Position numbers and translations under genes: made by a program | Shown: in pieces, positions 27,010 through 41,422 of the stretch | How positions within the stretch are numbered: position 1 is the stretch's first letter | Layout: the number at the start of each line of letters is the position of its first letter | The notes under the pieces: generated by a model | Told to the model about the DNA's origin: nothing | The model's database searches: none | The model's input: only the letters and a program-made list of their open reading frames with translations | From: Octopus vulgaris | Taxonomy: Eukaryota | Direction of reading: 5' to 3' | DNA: 64,000 nt | Assembly: GCA_951406725.2 (NCBI GenBank) | Contig: OX597816.1 | Span: 147,684,001-147,748,000 of the forward strand

Positions 27010-30000
27010 TAATTTGCTTTTTAAGACAAGACAAACGAATTATATATATCTAGATGTGTTTTAAACTCAATCACACTTGTTTCAGCAGCAATTGGAATTC
27101 TCATAATTTTTTATTTATTCTTATTATCGTTTTCATGCTCAATATATGTGTTATCAAAGAAAACGTAATTAATGAATAATGCAAAAACAAAATTAGTTAA
27201 ATAATAAAAAAACATTCTATGTTTAGGAGCAATATGTTGCAACATTCACCATTTGTTAAACATTCACTTTTATTTATTTTATCTAAGTGTAAGATTATTT
27301 CCTTCAGGAAAAAGACAGTTTAGTTTATTTCCACCTACCTCTAACCCGTTCAGCAATTTCATATATAATAAACAAAGTAAATTCCACTAAAATAACCATA
27401 AAGGCGTCTCGTAAAAACATTATTTCCGGAGCTAAAGTTTTATTTCATAACCTTATTTTCATGCATTTCTTACTTATAAAGTTCTCCTAATTTTCACTCG
27501 GTCACTGGATATCGGTACAAGCCAGAATGTCTCTTATTAAGTGACAATGATATGTCGTCACTTTTATATCCGATAATCAGACTTTTTCCGATAGTTTTAT
27601 TTCCGTCTGACAAGTTAATTTCACTAATATTATTTCCGCGAGTACAGTCAACTTCCGTCAGATAAATTTTCCGGAAGTTATGGTTCTTCAACGAAAACTG
27701 TCTGCAGCTATTTGTAGTTATTCCGAAAGAAAACAAGTCATCATTCCAGCAATCGATTACTTTGTGTGTATTGAAAATAATCTACTCTGAGGAATGTTTT
27801 ATATCTTATGTTTCCTATTTGGTTTCAGCTTACTAAACTTTTAGAAGAGAAAGTTTGTTACGAAGAAACTAACATGATACTTAGCAGACAACTACCTTTT
27901 CCTGTCGGGCGAAAATGATTCAGTATGGCGCTGCTTACTGGGTTGTTTATACTAGCAATTATATAGTCTAAAGCAGGATGATGTTCAATCGATCCAACAG
28001 AAATATAAGAATATTCTCTGGTATGAGACTTACGTTTTCTGTCAATCAGTATAAGAAGTCGAAATATTGCTTTTGAGGGACGGAGGACATAATATTAGCT
28101 TTAAGCAAGTTCGAATGTCAAAACTCCTGAATTTCGCTTCACTTACTAATTCGAAATACATTGTGTCAAAATCTAAAAGCAAGCATGGAAACATCCTGAA
28201 GAAACTGGTGATGGTTTATGTCGGTAGCAATGAGTTCATGCTCGATGAAGTCATTTGCTGTGGGATGTGAAGAAACTTATGATTCAGGATTTAGCATTTT
28301 GCTTAAGAATATCCGTTACGGAGGTACGAAGATAGCAAATTTTGCATTTCTAAGCAGAAACGGCTCGCTTACCTTGTCGGGATGTTAGGTTTCAGTGTTG
28401 AGTTGAATACCTGCCAAAGTGTATATACCTCACGCGAATGCCTTGTAATGGCTGCACTTTATATTATTAGATACAAAAGAAAAAGAGAATACACAACAAT
28501 ATGTGGATCTATTCTGTTAAGTTTTCACGGCATTGCATGAAGACAGTGACAGTTCTTGCATACTATATCATACATTGCATACTATATCATACATTGCTGT
28601 CTCATCGCAAGTTCTGTAAATATCTAGACGACGGTTACATCTGCTGCTGTATGAAATACAGAAACATAATACAGGCAAATGGTCAAACATGAGCCCTTGT
28701 ACTTAACAAATGATAGAGATACACCGTCATTACTGTAATTTAATTGTTCCTACAAAAGATTGCAATTGTGTGAAACGTGATTTGTGGGATAAATTGTCAG
28801 TTCCTACAAAACCATATACATATATATGTGTGTGCGCGCACGTATGTGTGTGTGTGTCTGTGCATGAGTGAATTTAAAATTTTACATACAATGTTTCAAG
28901 AAACAATTATATATCATATTTTATAAATAGAAACAAACTTCAAGCTGAAGCGTACAATAACTGAATTATATTCTATGTCATTTGAAATGGCATATTAACT
29001 GTCTCAATATATGATTTTCAAACATATCCTCATGAGAAATGTGTGCCTGCGTGCATGTCATGTGTTGGTGTGAAAAAGAGAAAGCGTTAGAGTGTGACAT
29101 ATTGAGAAGTGGTGAACTTACCACTATATAACATCTATCAGCCTTTCACCATTTCTCTTTTCAACCTTCTGTTCTTTACGCTGTAACAACCTCGGATGCG
29201 GGATTTGCTTCATGAATCACACAGAGTTTGTTTGATTTTTGTGAGCATTTTTGAAAAACATTTGTCGAGGAATGACGATTTTTTTTTAAAGAAAGACAGT
29301 TAAACATAGCACATTTTGTAGGAACTTTGATGTACAAATAGAAATGCATATAGCGAACTGAAGTTAGAAACATCGTTACTTTCTCTTCTACGCCCATAAA
29401 ATATCGACTCCAACATACGCATGTTTCAAATAGAAAAAATAAATTAGTAGCATCGGTGAAGGTTCACATACTACCGGTCGAACTTGGAATACTTTGGCAT
29501 GTTCAGAGTACGGACGAAGATTGTAAGGTAAGTCTTTTCTAAACTAAACTTATTTAACGATGTTTGAAATCCCTACATATAGTAAGTAGTGAATATATAC
29601 AGAACTATGAGCCAATTTTCTCTAATCTGAGGCTAGAGGTTAGAGCGCGGCATCAGCCAGAAACGTCTCATGTGGATCGGATTTTCAGAAACTATTTTAT
29701 CCGTGTAAATTCCACGGTTATTTTAAAAATTGTAAGAGATAATTGCACATGTCTTTGAAGGATTTGATTTCTGAGCTAGCGTAAATATCCACGTAAGTTA
29801 TATTGAATATGTAGTCACAGGAAAGGAATCTAGAACATATATTCTAACGTCTTCAACCTTGCAAATTATTATCTGTTATTTTTCATTTTAAGTCGGGAAG
29901 TAACAATAGAAAAAATGAAATATATTATCTATGCTATTAGTTTGATACTGTAAGCCGGTAAAGTTTCAACAAATCTTAATACGATTATTTGAAAGAAAAA

Positions 30001-30518
30001 ACAATAGGGTTGTTGAAGGTTTTCAGAGAATCAAGAAATGTATTATTTATTTTGAAATTGTTGTTTTTTCTATCTTGAGATGGTGTAAAGTTCACATAGG
30101 TTCAGCTCTAAGAGAAAACTATACCTGTTGCTACACACATCTCACCTCTTCTGTCTTGAGAAGCTTATCTATTGTTTTTATCTTTATATCAAGGAGTGGT
30201 AAATAATATTACATTTTCTTTTTATGAGTTCCTTTCCATAAACACACACACACCCTCATCTTCTGATACTTTCTTGCATTCTCTCTTTCTCTTTGTGCCT
30301 CTCCTTTAGACTATACGTATCCCCCTGTGTTAACCACGTATCTCTCTCTCTTTCTCTCTCTCTCTCTCTTTCTCCCTCTATCTCTCTACTCTTTCCATCA
30401 ATTATTTAATCACAATAATAGAATATCCCTTTTCCTTAGCTTTCACTACTAAATTTTACATCTATCTATCTATCCATCTGTCTGTCTCACTTCGCTCTCT
30501 GTTCTCTCTCTCTCTCTA

Positions 30519-30569
<51 letters not shown>

Positions 30570-33087
30570 GCACATATATATATTTGTCTGTCTGACTGTC
30601 TGTCAGTATGTCTACCTATCTATCATTTTATGGATCTCTTCTTTGCCAATCCTTTAATGTAACTAAGTGCCGACGTCATATATTATCGTATTAATATATA
30701 GATTCTGTACACTTCAAATAGGTCGCACTTAGGGTTTTATATCAACATTAATCTGATTGTAAATTGTTTATTGTGAAGACCAATTACGTATAGTAAATAA
30801 GATACATTTACAGTTCTCCCTATTAATACTATTTCCTCCGTGCTTGATTAATTTTTATTGATAGTCACTCTGACCATCAGTCTGAGGTTAAAATCTTATA
30901 ACGATACCGGTATAACTTGGTATTACTAATATGTAATGAGATTAAACTCATATTCTTTAGGGTTACTTCTTTAAACCTTAACTAGAGTCCTATTGTTTAA
31001 TAGATATATTTACATATTTAGTGTATCAATACTGGAATTGTTGTCATTTTCATTCAAACCTCTACACATCATAAAAATTTCCGTGTAAAACAATTAAAGA
31101 TTTATTTATGTCAAATTAATGCTAAAAGAAAACTCTTTAAGATGAATAAGTAAAGAAAGCTCGCTGCAAAAAATTGTTTAAATTAGAAAACAGTGTGATT
31201 TCATTTGACTGGTGCTTTCGATACCACAGCACAGAACCGTCTCGAAAGACTTGTACTACTTGATATAGTAATAATAATTTTAAATTCCATTAGACATTCT
31301 AAAATTTCATTGAATTTAAAAAGGGTAAAATCAGACAGAATTTATAGCATGACCTGATACATTGATAAGTTGGCATTTTTACTTCTCTTTAACAAATTCA
31401 GTTAAACGTCAAGTGATAAGATAGTACAGAAGTGTTCTACCAAATAGAAGTTTGAGCGCAATGCTGCTAAGAAGTGTGAGAGTAAACGTTCAATTAATGA
31501 TATCCGTTATTCTGAACCCCAAACGCCAACCAGAAAGGAATATTCAGCGAGCCGATAAATATTATGAGTAATTTTCTTAGTGATCATATATACATGAATG
31601 GTTTCAGTTGAATATCAGTCAAACAGCATTGCTATAGCGTGAAACTATCGCAAGAATAAGGACGAATAACCAGTCTCATCATCATTGAGTAATTACACGT
31701 AAATTGTGTGAAATATTGGTCATCCGTACACATAACATTGCAAGCGGGATTCCCTACAGACGGAGGAAATTTTAAACATTTGAATGAAATATACTAAATT
31801 TTGATATGTTCATTAACACAAATTAACATGCATAATAAGATTCACATAAAAGTTTTCTAATTTAATTTTTATAATGCCAACCCACATGAACTGCTTTCAC
31901 ATTTTTCAATTCGTTTATGTTCCTTTTACATTGAAATTTTATATTTCTCAATCTCATGGTAACTACATTGCATCTACGTGACATTCATTTAATTATTGAA
32001 TGAAATACTGCATTTCTCCCGGGTAAGTAGTGAAATGTAGGACATACGTTATATTTCAGTAGCAAAGTAAGTAGTATCTTAATCATTATCTGTCAGTATT
32101 GAAGGAATTTAAATATATCATCTGACGAGAATACACCGAATACACATAGCGACGGAATACATTTGACTGAATTGAGATTGTATATTTTGACACTACGTTA
32201 ATTGCAACCGTTGGGGTCGTTGTAAATTTGATAAGAATTCTATATTTATATTAAACATAAATTTGTAGCATTAATTCTGGCTATACCAGCCTTTATGGGT
32301 ATAAAAGAAAGAACATTAAGTACAATTCATACAGAAGCTCTTTATAGGTGTATATAAACAATCCGTATACACACTGTTGTATATTCAAGGTCCCTATATA
32401 CATTAAATGTACGTAAACAAATACGTTTCAAGTGAAGCCTTTCAATTTTCATCTATTAAAGAAATTCTATGTAAACAAGCCATAAAATGTAACCACACAC
32501 ACATACACATTCACATACCCCCTTACGTGATCATGTTATTAGATCTTGTAAAATAATACAGCGTCAAATTCAGTCACAGATGCAACACATATAGCATATA
32601 GCGCCCCACTAATAAACACGCTAGTTGAAGAACTGATATATACGCCAGTAATAATCCCGTAAAACAGAACACAACATATACACACTTAACTGTAAACTGC
32701 CAGAATATATTACGGTAAGACGAAAAATATAATCTACCTCCTCTGTTTGAAATCTAAGCACGCAAGCCACCGGATGCAATTCAAGAAACCAATGGAAAAG
32801 ACAAAATTCCAGTGTATATATGAAAGTTGCAAACCTCATATCTCAAGCTGTTACATGGGACGCAAAGTTCAACATAAGTTCAACTGACCAAGTGTTTACA
32901 ACAAGGAGCCCGTGCAGTATAATTGGTCAAGCAAGTTTAGTGCTTGACTCAACAAAATGTTGAATCAAGCTCAAAGTGCCTTGTCTATAATTTTGTAACC
33001 TCGCTGCGGATTAGAAAAATCCATTTTTTCAGGATTTTTTAAAAACTTTCCATTAACTTTCTTAAACTTAGTTAAAATTTTCATATA

Positions 33088-33979
33088 TGTAGTGACAACA
33101 ATAAGTATCCAGACTGTTGCTATAGTGACGACACTAAAGCAGGAAGAGTGAAGCCGCTTGGCACAGTTTGACCATAATCTTTGCTCTGTATACGCACTAA
33201 GTTTTAACTCTCTAGCTCCTTTCTGCTGCTTACAGCAGTGCATCGAAGGAACGTGAGTAGCGCGTGATCGTCGCATTAACCACGACAGAGAGTTGAGCAG
33301 AGGATCTGCATCAAATTTTTACCAAAAGCTTGGCGATACCTGATCAGAAGCCTACGCAACGTTTTCCAAAAGTTTTCATTTTTCTCGACACAATCAAGGG
33401 GATCATGTGCAACTGAAACCCGAGTGTCTTTTTGGTTAACTGAAAGCAGTTTTGACACAAACTTGGTAGACACGCGTCTCATACACAAATCTTCAGTGAT
33501 AATGCACTGGACTGAACCGTAACTAATCTACACATTTTCTGATAACTCATAGATGGTGATGCGACGATTTCCCCTCGCTGCTGCACGCACATCTGCAACG
33601 TTTTTCTCAGTTCAGCTGGTTGCGGGTCTCTCAGAACGTTTGTCAATATTGACATTTTCGGTTATCTTGGAAACGCCAGAACCACTTGTACACTTGGGTC
33701 CAGCTCATACACTCCTCTTCATACATCTTCTGCAAGTTTGAGTTGGCCTCTGGGCAGGTATCGCCATGAGAAGTTTCTCTGTCAAGGCCAATGCGACGAT
33801 CACAAGATACACACATTTCTTCCTAGCACTGCTGTAAACAGCAGAAGTGAGCTAGAACGTTAAAACTTAGTGCGAAGGTACAGTAGAGTTTAAGAAGAAT
33901 CTGTGCAATGGGGCTTTCCTCTGCGTGATTTAGCGTCGTTATTATGGTAACAGTCCGGATATTTATTGATCAGACCTCG
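33088..33979 (-). mobile_element. Mariner derivative built from two inverted 5' ends (long-TIR non-autonomous element)
   Basis: Right end cgaggtctgatcaataaatatccggactg (minus) with TA; degenerate left copy; arms share gcactgctgtaa.cagcagaa..gagctaga..gttaaaacttag; minus-strand N-terminal transposase remnant MRRVSTKFVSKLL. Confidence 0.85.
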
Positions 33980-34481
33980 TACGTTATGTTAAGATATTTT
34001 TGTAATATAACCTTTATTTTCCTATACGTTTTAAAGCATAATAATTAATAATTATGATAATATAATACAGGCTATGAATTAAAACAAGAGTAACTGATGT
34101 TAAAAATATTCTTTACAAAGTGACACGTGAAAGAAGACTATCGATCAACGCCAATTCTGAATACGTGGAATACAACGCTAAAGTAACTTCGATCAAAATG
34201 GTTATCAGTTTTAAAACCGACAATGACGATTTTAGCTGTTACATTTTTCTCGCGATCGCTCGTTGATTACTAAAAACGCACAATTGTGATCAGCTTATCA
34301 GAATTTCAAATTGAGAAACTCTTAAAATGTTATTGCACTGAAGAATGTTATTGACGCAATCGTGGTTTTTGAAGGTCGAAAACTATGAAAAAGTTATTAA
34401 GTATTAATAGTATTGTCTTCCATGATTGCAGGAAAAACTGGTCCTTCTATGTGTGTTCATGCATGTATGCACTGCATGTGT

Positions 34482-34539
<58 letters not shown>

Positions 34540-37500
34540 AGACACGCAAAGAGATTACATGCGTGTATGTATACACACATTTCCCTTTGTAGATTTACGA
34601 GCGTGCATGGTGCAGTCGCGTGTCTAGAAACATCAATATGTTTATATAGTATCTATTTCTGTGTATGTGAGTTATAGAATGTAGTCACCACTTCGTACGG
34701 ACAAATTTGTTACTGAAATAATGCACGCATATATGTGTATATATATTTATGTATCTTTGTATGTTTGTGTACCGTATATATGTTGCAGTATACCTCTATA
34801 TATAACTATGTAAATTATTTTATTTATATGTAAGTGTCCGTTTGATATTAGTCGATATATTGATAATTTATTTGCAAAGAGATCATAGAAGTAAGATACT
34901 TCTACATTATATCAGTAGAAAGATGTTACTTAGATAATCTTTTTTTTTTTATTTTCTTGTTCAATATCGAAATATTGTAATAATCTTTGCTTGGAAACTT
35001 TACGTATTTACCCCAGATTATTTCTGGTTACAAATCTATATATCACGTAAATGAAAATCGTTCCAGTTTGTTTTGAATTTAATAATGATAACGTTGCCTG
35101 AACAATTTTACATCAAATGCAAATCAGAGTAGTTTTGTCAATCGTTCCTCAGCAGTTCGTTTTCGAAAGTAGAAAATAAGTAAGTAAATAAGTAAATAAA
35201 TTAATAGAAAAAAATGAGTAAATAAAATCAAAGAGAATGTTATCAATATTTCCATTTGTAAGATTGACTACTATATAACTTCGGCTTATTTCCAATAGCT
35301 CGAATATTCTTCCGTACATTATATGATTCAAAGTATTTGAAGATTAAATCTGCAAAGTGTTTACGAGCAATTGATTCCGTTACATTACATTTTATACCCC
35401 ATGTTAGCGTATCTACAAAAAGGATTGCAAATGAATTGAGCAAGTCTCTGAATTTAGTTAGATCGAAGAAGCGACTTTACGATTATCAAGTTTAAATATC
35501 CCAGCGCATCATACATGTTTCTTCCAGATCAAACGATATTCTATAGAACATAAACATTTTTTTTCTTCTTTTCAGAAAGTATATTTGTTATCTTTAGATT
35601 AAAAAAATTGAAGGATGTAAAAAGTTGCGCCTGTAACCATTTAGGTCTACGTTTTGAACGCGTATTCTGTATTCCACAAAATTTTTTAAAAATCATAAAT
35701 ATATAGAATATGTGCCAGCAGTAATGAACTGATGACAGATAAAACTCACGCAGGTAGCTATTAATTTAGCGCTAGAAATATTTCATTCGAATAATTTGTC
35801 TAAAGTGTAGCATATTCCATTTACAAACGTTTTGGATCTTCAAAAGAGATATAATATGAAATTTTTAGTCATTTCGTTTCTGTATGTTTACATGTTTATT
35901 TTTCTTTTTAACACTCTAAATAAATATTTGAGCGATACAAATTGATGTCTCTATAAGAGTATTTCAGATTGGTATTTTTGATAAAGCTTTCCTTTGTTTT
36001 TATTTCATTTTGAAGTTCAACAATGCTAAGAATATTTAAATTGATTTCATCTTTTGCTTTAGGGAAAATAAAATATCACGGTGAAGAGAAACGAAAATAA
36101 AGTTTGGTAAGGTGAATTAACATTCGCTTAAAAGAAAGATTATTTATTATAGATATTTAATTAATTATTTCTCATAATTTTAAAAACAAAAATATTTGTC
36201 ACAATAGACTCTACTCAAACGTGGTGCTATAAGTCACTTAATATTATGTTTATGAGTTGAAATTGATGAATAATCGAAATATTTTAACCCTCCCTCTCCT
36301 ACAACAAACACTTTTATGTATTTAATATGTGTATGTGTGTTTGTGTGTCTGTGTGAGTGTGTTTACAACCACACACAATGCCTCTGAGCGGCATTTTGCC
36401 CGTTCTTACATTCTGAGCTCAGAATCTGAGTAAAATCCCTAGGATCGATATAAACAATATTCTCTCCCTAAAATTGCTGGCCTTGTGTTAAAATGTAAAA
36501 CCACTATATATTTATGTTTTACTAGTACTGTGAATATCTGAATTTCAAATCTGATCTTGAATCTATACACTGTTCAGTAAACACACACACACACAGAAGG
36601 CGCGTGTATAGTAGAGACTATATTTGTTGTACAGCGATACTAGTAATAAAACTTCAGGCTCGGTAGAGTATCCTACATCCCACTTCTATATCCAATGAAC
36701 TATGACGCGGAATGTCAAATATGAGGATAGATCATGGTGCGAAATATGAGCCTCAATATAGTATTATATACAGAAAAGAGGAAACCTTCCCAAGTACGCG
36801 GACGGAGAAACACTTGAAACATAAGAAGGTGTGTTATTACATTTCTGGTCCTACGCTGATATGTGAACATATATATGAGAATTTCATGCCAGTGTCGTTA
36901 AATTCCCAAGGGAATATCATACTATAACAGTGCAACATCGACTTCTTGATGTGCCGGATTGCACCTGCACTAGAACTATATTGTACACAATATTGTATTA
37001 GGTGATGCGATTGCATCAACCTTTCTCTTTGACCGCTCAGCGATACGTGTCTTTCTAATGAAGTAAGTTATTGAGTTAGGATTTCGCGAGAGAATAAAGG
37101 AAAACTAATTTTATTTTGAGCTTACTGAAAATCGATTGAAAATAACTTCTTGCAACATTCGTATACTTTCTGAAAGCAGAAAGACGATTCACTAATTTTT
37201 TATGCAACTATATCTGAGGCTTAATGGTTTCTGGTACTCGAAATATTAGTAGCACTTTATTCACTATCGACACACATCTTGCACATTAATCCCTTCAGGA
37301 TTGGGCTTCTTCTCTCTCCGAGACGTATGCTGTCTCTCATTACCCTTGCACTATGCATCTACTCATACTTCGATTCAGAGCGACATCAAGCGTTATGATA
37401 ATTATTACTGAAACCGTGCTATAGATATGTAGGCAGAGATATATTTAAATACTTCAGTCTTGCAACTGACACTTCAGTCATGAAGTTATTTTCAATCGAT

Positions 37501-38252
37501 TTTCAGTAAGCTCAAAATAAAATATGCTTGGTAAGCTTTACGCCATTCAGTGAAGGAAATTTTTCTTTATATTTTGTGAGAGGCTTCTTCGAACTAGTGT
37601 GTACTTGGAGATACAAAGCATCACCGTGTACGAATATTATAGCATAGCCATGTTGGTTATCATTTTGCACTCTCATGAATTTCATATTCGTACGATGACA
37701 TCTCTCTCTTTCTCTTTCTCTTTTTCTCTCAGATTTTCCATAATTCTCCATAACTTATTTACTCTAGGAAACTTTGTAAACTAAAATCTTTTGTTTTTGT
37801 CCTGATGACAGAAACAGAATTAGTTTCTTTAAAACTGTTGCTTTATCCATTATCTTTTCAATCTAAAATATGCGTCTGTGCAAATTTACTGCTACTACTG
37901 CTGTCTTTTAAAACATTTGGTGAAGTGTTCGAAAATACTTATTTTTCCTGTTGAAATTCTTTTTAAAATTATTACTATTCTCTATTTATATTGAAAAATT
38001 TCATTTTAATGCTATAATATATATTTGTAAAATGTTTTTTTACTTCCCTTTAGTAATCTGTTAATTTCGTTTAAATTAAAACCATGCACGCTAATTTTTG
38101 TCTGCCTGTCTTGTACGAGTAGATACGAATATTTCCGTACCTAACAATGTGTCAAAAGTTTATATCATCTAGGAAAAAACAGTTCGCTTCATAAAGTTAC
38201 ATTAAAACAACATCTGACGTTTAAGAAGTCAATAATAATTATTATTATAAAA

Positions 38253-38378
38253 ATGATGATGATGATGATGATAAGGAGGAGGAGGAGGAGGAGGAGGAGA
38301 AGAAGAAGAAGAAGAAGAAGAAGAAGAAGAAGAAGAAGAAGAAGAAGAAGAAGAAGAAGAAGAAGAAGAAGAAGAAGA
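38253..38378. repeat. (GAT)n(GGA)n(GAA)n compound microsatellite
   Basis: Direct reading. Confidence 0.95.
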
Positions 38379-38897
38379 TAAAATATAAAAGCATGAAAAT
38401 ATAGGAAACATATTGCGTATGAAAACAATCAAATTTCTCATTTCGGTGATAAAGGGTATATACAAGTTCCTGGATCATTAATCTTCAACAGCAATAGGAT
38501 AATCCAGCATCTAAATCCATTGTGAAATTGTATTTAAATGTTGTTGCACTAACTGCTACAGACATAAATTAAGGACGTTTTTATTTCTTCACAGCGGAAA
38601 AGGTATCCGATATTTCAGACATTGTGTCTCATTTATAAGAATAACAACAGTAGTCATAACTACAATTTCAAAGTAGCTTTACACTGCCGAGTATCCAATT
38701 GCTGATGAGGTTTAATGATCCAGACAAGGCGACATACAGTTGGTCCCTGGTTTATTGTCCACTCTTAGATTACGTAATAAACATGCTGGTCTTTAATATG
38801 ACATACGTATACACGCTTATATGTGCGTATGTGCATAGTGAGTGTTTTTGTATAAACGCATATGCCCGCAAAGGATTAGGGATGCTAAAAGAACTGG

Positions 38898-38955
<58 letters not shown>

Positions 38956-39140
38956 AGATATATGTGTGCGTGTGCTTGCATGTTGGCTTGTATGTGTATG
39001 TGTATTGTATATATATGTATATATATATGTGTGTATGTATATATGTGTGTGTGTATGTATGAGTATGTGTATATATGTGTATGTATATATATATATATGT
39101 ATATATATACATATGTATGTGTGTGTGTATATATATATAT

Positions 39141-39467
39141 AAGCGATAGTCTTCTTATTTACCTAAAACTCTATTCTATTATTCTATTTATTCATTTATC
39201 TACTTTATCACTTATTCTTTTGACCACTCCCCTAAGAAAGACAGTTTGTGCCCTGCCTACCCCCAAAAAGTCCCCCGCCACCACCCCATTAAATCTGCCT
39301 AAATGTATTAATGCCAAAACTATTCTTGACACCAAGCTTCCTGATGATTTCATTTGAATGAAACAGTTCTTGTCCTATAGAAGCTCCTTCTATAAAATAA
39401 ATTAATTTACTCTGCTATGTATTGAGTACCTTATTTACTGTGGTTAACCCCGACTCAAGCCGGGACC

Positions 39468-39470
<3 letters not shown>
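39141..39470 (+). mobile_element. ~330-bp non-coding HHR-containing unit between (TA)n arrays (PLE pLTR or retrozyme-like)
   Basis: HHR at 39335-39385; terminal hairpin cccg-actcaagc-cggg; TA arrays both sides. Confidence 0.65.
39335..39385 (+). ncRNA. Type I hammerhead ribozyme with full stem III
   Basis: Stem I agcttc/gaagct, CTGATGA, stem II ttca-tt-tgaa, GAAA, stem III acag/ctat (one mismatch) with loop ttcttgtc, AUA triplet. Confidence 0.7.
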
Positions 39471-39533
<63 letters not shown>

Positions 39534-39894
39534 AATACGTACATACATAATATATGTATATAGGGAGAATATGTGGGATTTTGTTCACTTGTGATCTAAA
39601 CGAATAGATACGCCGTTATAAATTGGTCGACTCTTAGGTTATAACATCACAGCTAAGGCTGGATCTAGGCATCCGTATTACAGTTCCCTTATAGCAGGTA
39701 CATATTATATTAGAGGAAAAAATCAGAACCCCTAAAATCTGGCCACCTAACTCCCAAACAGCAATCCCCTTGATTAATCCTTTAACACCAAAGATGAACA
39801 GAAGGCAAAGATTATGGCAACATTCACCACTTAAACGAGGAAACGGTCCAGAAGAGTTGCTGGAGATTCCGAAGATTTACTCTGTGGTATTTCA

Positions 39895-39939
<45 letters not shown>

Positions 39940-40051
39940 TCAATAAATGGTGGGGTTGTGTTGACCGCACGTGGAGAAATGATAAGTAAGGAAAAATTTT
40001 TTTTAAAATGCAGAATGCTCAAATGAAATAAAATTTTAATAAAATGAGAAA

Positions 40052-40384
40052 ATGATAAAATATATAAATAACTTCTCCTGTTCCTCCGAGAACCTTATCT
40101 ACGTTCTCACATGCGCTGGTTGCCAACATAATTATGTGGGACAAACGAGTCTCCCGTTACGTAAACGAGTAACGGTGCATAAAGAACAAATAAATCTCCC
40201 GGAATACCGACAAATTCCACTGAGTGACCACTTAGACTCATGTGCCAAAGACTTAAACCCCAAATTCTATATATTCCCCTTCTACCAATGTAAAGACGGG
40301 ATCACCACACAGGAGAGAATTAACAAGGAGAATCTCTTTATTGAAAAATTCCAAACACAACTTAATATGCAAACTCCTCGTTGA
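40052..40384 (+). CDS. GIY-YIG endonuclease domain of a Penelope-like element (C-terminal fragment of the RT-EN ORF)
   Basis: FSCSSENLIYVLTCAGCQHNYVGQT..LRKRVTVH...LSDH...ERINKENLFIEKF..QLN: LIY/YVG, catalytic R, E and N, CxxC and His residues. Confidence 0.88.
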   Translation: MIKYINNFSCSSENLIYVLTCAGCQHNYVGQTSLPLRKRVTVHKEQINLPEYRQIPLSDHLDSCAKDLNPKFYIFPFYQCKDGITTQERINKENLFIEKFQTQLNMQTPR

Positions 40385-40999
40385 TCAAACTTCCTTTCTC
40401 TACCTCACTCTTCATGGATGGACTAACACAAATATATAAAGATACCATGCATTCACCACTTCAAGCTAAAACTTATATTCTTTAAATATCATTTTCACTA
40501 TTGTTGTTGTTACTACTATCATTTTTATTATAAATGATATGACAATTTGAAATGCAATTGTCTATGCAGTTTTATATTATTAGAAAATAATATAAATAAA
40601 GTGTTAAAATCTGAAAGTTAAGTTAACAAGCAATTATATATAAAAAAGATAATGCAAATGAAGCTAAAATGATAGTTTTATAATTTAAGAGTTTTCTCCC
40701 CTTACTCACAACACAGGAACTGAAGAACCAGGACCACAATTACTACTACTTCCTGTCCTGCAACATGCTGTATTCAACAACACAACACATCACATGCTCT
40801 TAATCCCTTTGGATCTTAACACCTCAAGGTAACTTTTTGGTAAACAACCATAAAACTCAAGATACACAACGAACTCACAATGTATCGGAGAACTTATTTT
40901 TTAATTTTTGTACATTTTTATCATTATTCTTTTACAAAAAACATTGCAATTTTCTTTTTTCCCCTTTCTAATTTTCAAAAAAACTTCTTAAAACATAAA

Positions 41000-41040
41000 T
41001 ATTCTTGACAAGTCATACATTGACGAAAACCGGTTGAATA
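41000..41040 (+). ncRNA. Minimal hammerhead ribozyme, U3-A8 variant, in PLE pLTR
   Basis: tattc-TTGACAA-gtca-tacat-tgac-GAAA(a)CCGGTT-gaata; one extra A relative to the canonical spacing. Confidence 0.7.
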
Positions 41041-41130
41041 AATATATATATTTATATATTTTATCATTTTCTCATTTTATTAAAATTTTATTTCATTTGA
41101 GCATTCTGCATTTTTAAAAAAATTTTTCCT

Positions 41131-41176
<46 letters not shown>

Positions 41177-41224
41177 AAAAAGAAGTCAAGATAGAAAATG
41201 CTAAAATAATTTTATAAAAACAGT

Positions 41225-41262
41225 TCAGTACCGGTTTCAGACATTGAGACTGTTTCAACTGT
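41225..41262 (-). ncRNA. Minimal hammerhead ribozyme variant (UUGAAAC core) in an adjacent PLE fragment (~41175-41400)
   Basis: Minus strand: cag-TTGAAAC-agtc-tcaat-gtct-GAAA-CCGGTA-ctg; GUA triplet; one stem II mismatch. Confidence 0.6.
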
Positions 41263-41422
41263 AACAATTAAACAATTAGATTTAGAAAAATTAAAAGAAA
41301 AGGTTTTTAAAAGAATATTTGTGTAGTGTTCAAATACAAGTGGCATTTTCCTTGTGTCTGCCTGTTTCTGTCTCTCTTGTTAACTCTTGTGGGTTCGAGG
41401 TCGTTGCGATTTCTTGGTAGGG

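Larger units (their letters stand above)
39938..41134 (+). mobile_element. 5'-truncated Penelope-like retroelement with inverted pLTR, inserted in (TA)n
   Basis: GIY-YIG domain, HHR at 41000-41040, 86-bp inverted arms 39985-40070 / 41049-41134 (one mismatch), TA arrays both sides. Confidence 0.92.
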
